Shown here piece after piece: positions 62,133-64,000 of a stretch of DNA of 64,000 nt; the first letter of the stretch is position 1, and each line of letters starts with the position of its first letter. The notes under the pieces were generated by a model, which had not been told where the DNA came from, searched no databases, and worked only from the letters and a program-made list of their open reading frames with translations. The stretch is from Longimicrobiales bacterium. GTDB lineage: Bacteria > Gemmatimonadota > Gemmatimonadetes > Longimicrobiales > Gaopeijiaceae. The stretch covers positions 3,360,001 through 3,424,000 of the forward strand of contig OZ242008.1 in the NCBI GenBank assembly GCA_965204735.1. Direction: 5' to 3'. The position numbers and the translations under genes are program-made.

Positions 62133-64000
62133 TTGCGCGACCAGACCACCCTCGACCTGCGCCGTGACCAGCTCATCCGGGAGCCCTTCGAGCGCATCTT
62201 CCGAGAGGCCGCCACGCGGGAGGAGCAGGGCCGCTGGTTCGAGCACCTCTTCATGGCGGTTGCGCGGGAGCTGCCCGACTTCCAAGTGGCGGAGATCTGG
62301 ACATGGCGAGAGTGGCCGGACCGCCTTCGGCTGACCGGCATGGACGGCCGCGACACGGGGATCGACCTCGTGGCGAAGCTGACCGACGGCAGCCTCGTGG
62401 CGGTCCAGTGCAAGTGCTACGCCAGCGATCACTACGTCTCGAAGCCGGACGTGGACAGCTTCGTCAGCGCCTCGGACGGCGACGCCTTCGACCTCCGCTG
62501 GATAGTCTCCACCTGCCGCTGGAACCGCAACGCCGAGAAGGCGATCCTGAACAAGAGGCCGGAAGTCCGCCGCATCGACTTTCTCGACTGGCTGGACCGC
62601 ACGATCCTGGAGATCGGCAAGCCGGCCAAGGTGCGCCTGCCCAAGCCGCTCCAGCAGCGCGCCATCGAGGCCGTGGTGGACGGGATGGAGGAGCAGGGCA
62701 ACGACCGGGGCAAGCTCGTCATGGCCTGCGGCACCGGAAAGACGTTCACCTCGCTTCGAATCGCCGAGCGGCTGGTCCCCGACGACGGCAGCATCCTCTT
62801 CGCGGCGCCGACGATCTCCCTCGTCTCGCAGGCAAGGCGGGAGTGGCTGACCCACACTGTCCGCCCGATCTCGGCTCTGGTCGTGTGCTCCGACCGCACG
62901 GCGGGCGGCAAGGGCGAACGACACGAAGCGGGCCCGGACGATCTGGTGTGCCCGGTGCTGACCGACCCGTCCGAAGTTTCGGCGCATCTGGCGGCCAAGG
63001 GCGGCGTCAAGGCGGTGTTCTGCACCTACCAGTCCCTGGACGTGGTCGTGCGGGCGCAGCGCGAGCACAGGGCGCCTGGCTTCGACTTGGCAGTGGCCGA
63101 CGAGGCCCACCGGACCACCGGCATCGACGTGGCGGACCGCAAGGTCAACTTCCAGCACTTCCACCATCGCTTGAGGGCTGCTCGGCGCATCTACATGACC
63201 GCGACGGAGCGCATCTACAAGGAACGTTCCAAGAGCAGCGCCAGGAAGAAGGGCTTGGAGGTGGTGGACATGTCCGACTTGCGCGTCTACGGACCGTTGC
63301 TGCACAAGCTGAAGTTCAAGGATGCGGTGGAGGCGGGCGAGCTGTCGGACTACCGGGTGATCGTGCTGGGCGTTCACGAAAGCCACCTGACGCCGGGCAT
63401 CCTCGCATCGCTCGCTCGCGCCGGCCAAAAAGCGCGGATCCGCAACGACGACCTGTTGCGCCTCTACGGCACCGCGCTGGCGATGAACGGATACGTGCGC
63501 GGCGGTCGCATCGAAGTGCCGAACCGTTTGCCGCGCACCTTGGCCTTCGCCTCGAGGATCGACCGCTCGCAGTGGTTCGCGGAGACGCTGTCGACGAACC
63601 GCACCTTGAAGGGACAGATCACGCGCAGGCTGGCGGGCGCCGCGCGCGCGATGGACGTGCAGGCCGTGCACCTGGACGCGAGGCACAGCGCAATCGAACG
63701 CAGCGAGAAGCTCCGCTGGCTGAACGACGCCAACCGCGCCAACGAGTCGCGGATGATCTGCAACGTTCGTCTCTTCACGGAAGGCGTGGACGTGCCGGCG
63801 CTGGACGCGGTTTCGTTCCTCGATCCGCGTACAAGTCAGATCGACATCGTGCAGTCGGTCGGTCGCGTGATGCGCAAGGCCGAAGGGAAGCGGTTCGGCT
63901 ACATCGTCGTTCCCGTGGCGCTGGAAGAAGGGGAAGACGTGGCCGACAAGCTGGCCAGGCGCGACGACGACTACCGAGCGATCGGGCAAGTCCTGCGCGC
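62133..64000 (+). CDS. Mrr-nuclease + SF2 helicase protein, type ISP (LlaGI/LlaBIII-like) RM enzyme, 3'-partial
   Basis: Not in the ORF track because it has no stop in the window. From TTG at 62133: 'GRWFEHL', 'DTGIDLVA...AVQCKCY', Walker A MACGTGKT, 'TYQS', DEAH, 'MTAT', 'EGVDVPALD', 'DIVQSVGRVMRK'. Confidence 0.85.
   Translation, partial: MRDQTTLDLRRDQLIREPFERIFREAATREEQGRWFEHLFMAVARELPDFQVAEIWTWREWPDRLRLTGMDGRDTGIDLVAKLTDGSLVAVQCKCYASDHYVSKPDVDSFVSASDGDAFDLRWIVSTCRWNRNAEKAILNKRPEVRRIDFLDWLDRTILEIGKPAKVRLPKPLQQRAIEAVVDGMEEQGNDRGKLVMACGTGKTFTSLRIAERLVPDDGSILFAAPTISLVSQARREWLTHTVRPISALVVCSDRTAGGKGERHEAGPDDLVCPVLTDPSEVSAHLAAKGGVKAVFCTYQSLDVVVRAQREHRAPGFDLAVADEAHRTTGIDVADRKVNFQHFHHRLRAARRIYMTATERIYKERSKSSARKKGLEVVDMSDLRVYGPLLHKLKFKDAVEAGELSDYRVIVLGVHESHLTPGILASLARAGQKARIRNDDLLRLYGTALAMNGYVRGGRIEVPNRLPRTLAFASRIDRSQWFAETLSTNRTLKGQITRRLAGAARAMDVQAVHLDARHSAIERSEKLRWLNDANRANESRMICNVRLFTEGVDVPALDAVSFLDPRTSQIDIVQSVGRVMRKAEGKRFGYIVVPVALEEGEDVADKLARRDDDYRAIGQVLR

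Noticed and set aside
62127..63989. 620-aa minus-strand ORF (likewise 24889..27588, 41207..44287, 58642..61098)
   Set aside because: Antisense shadows of well-supported genes in high-GC DNA, with no motifs.

Overview
A high-GC bacterial window. The gene content (6-bladed beta-propeller lipoproteins, a PD40-amidohydrolase, and M1, M8 and DUF4953 metallopeptidases) suggests Gemmatimonadota or a similar lineage; this is inference only. About 3.7-41 kb and 57-64 kb form a dense, partly decayed anti-phage defence region. Its centre is an unusual type I restriction-modification locus: hsdM, a HEPN toxin, an MNT antitoxin fused to hsdS, an Abi/UG-type (YRDD, AbiP2-like) reverse transcriptase, an IS21 relic and a decayed hsdR copy. 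An intact hsdR lies 7 kb downstream and carries a LexA/UmuD-like S24 peptidase domain (Ala-Gly site plus Ser/Lys dyad) inserted between its nuclease and translocase domains. Other defence-type content: two AAA_14/DUF4143 + STAND-nuclease (Avs/NACHT-like) gene pairs; an MT-A70/Schlafen/dual-OB/DUF488 operon bracketed by a 27-bp direct repeat; three ABC-type AAA ATPases, two with partners (a nuclease/exonuclease/ion-channel operon, and a PIN protein); a ClpP-like SDH protease; a truncated radC; a deleted Dam-like methylase; and a type ISP-like RM enzyme that runs off the right edge. Non-defence content includes a cytochrome c pair, an acyl-CoA dehydrogenase/CitE/hydratase cluster resembling itaconate or methylsuccinate degradation, and secreted peptidases. 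I saw no rRNA, tRNA, CRISPR array or intact integrase/transposase. All calls come from motif reading, not database searches.
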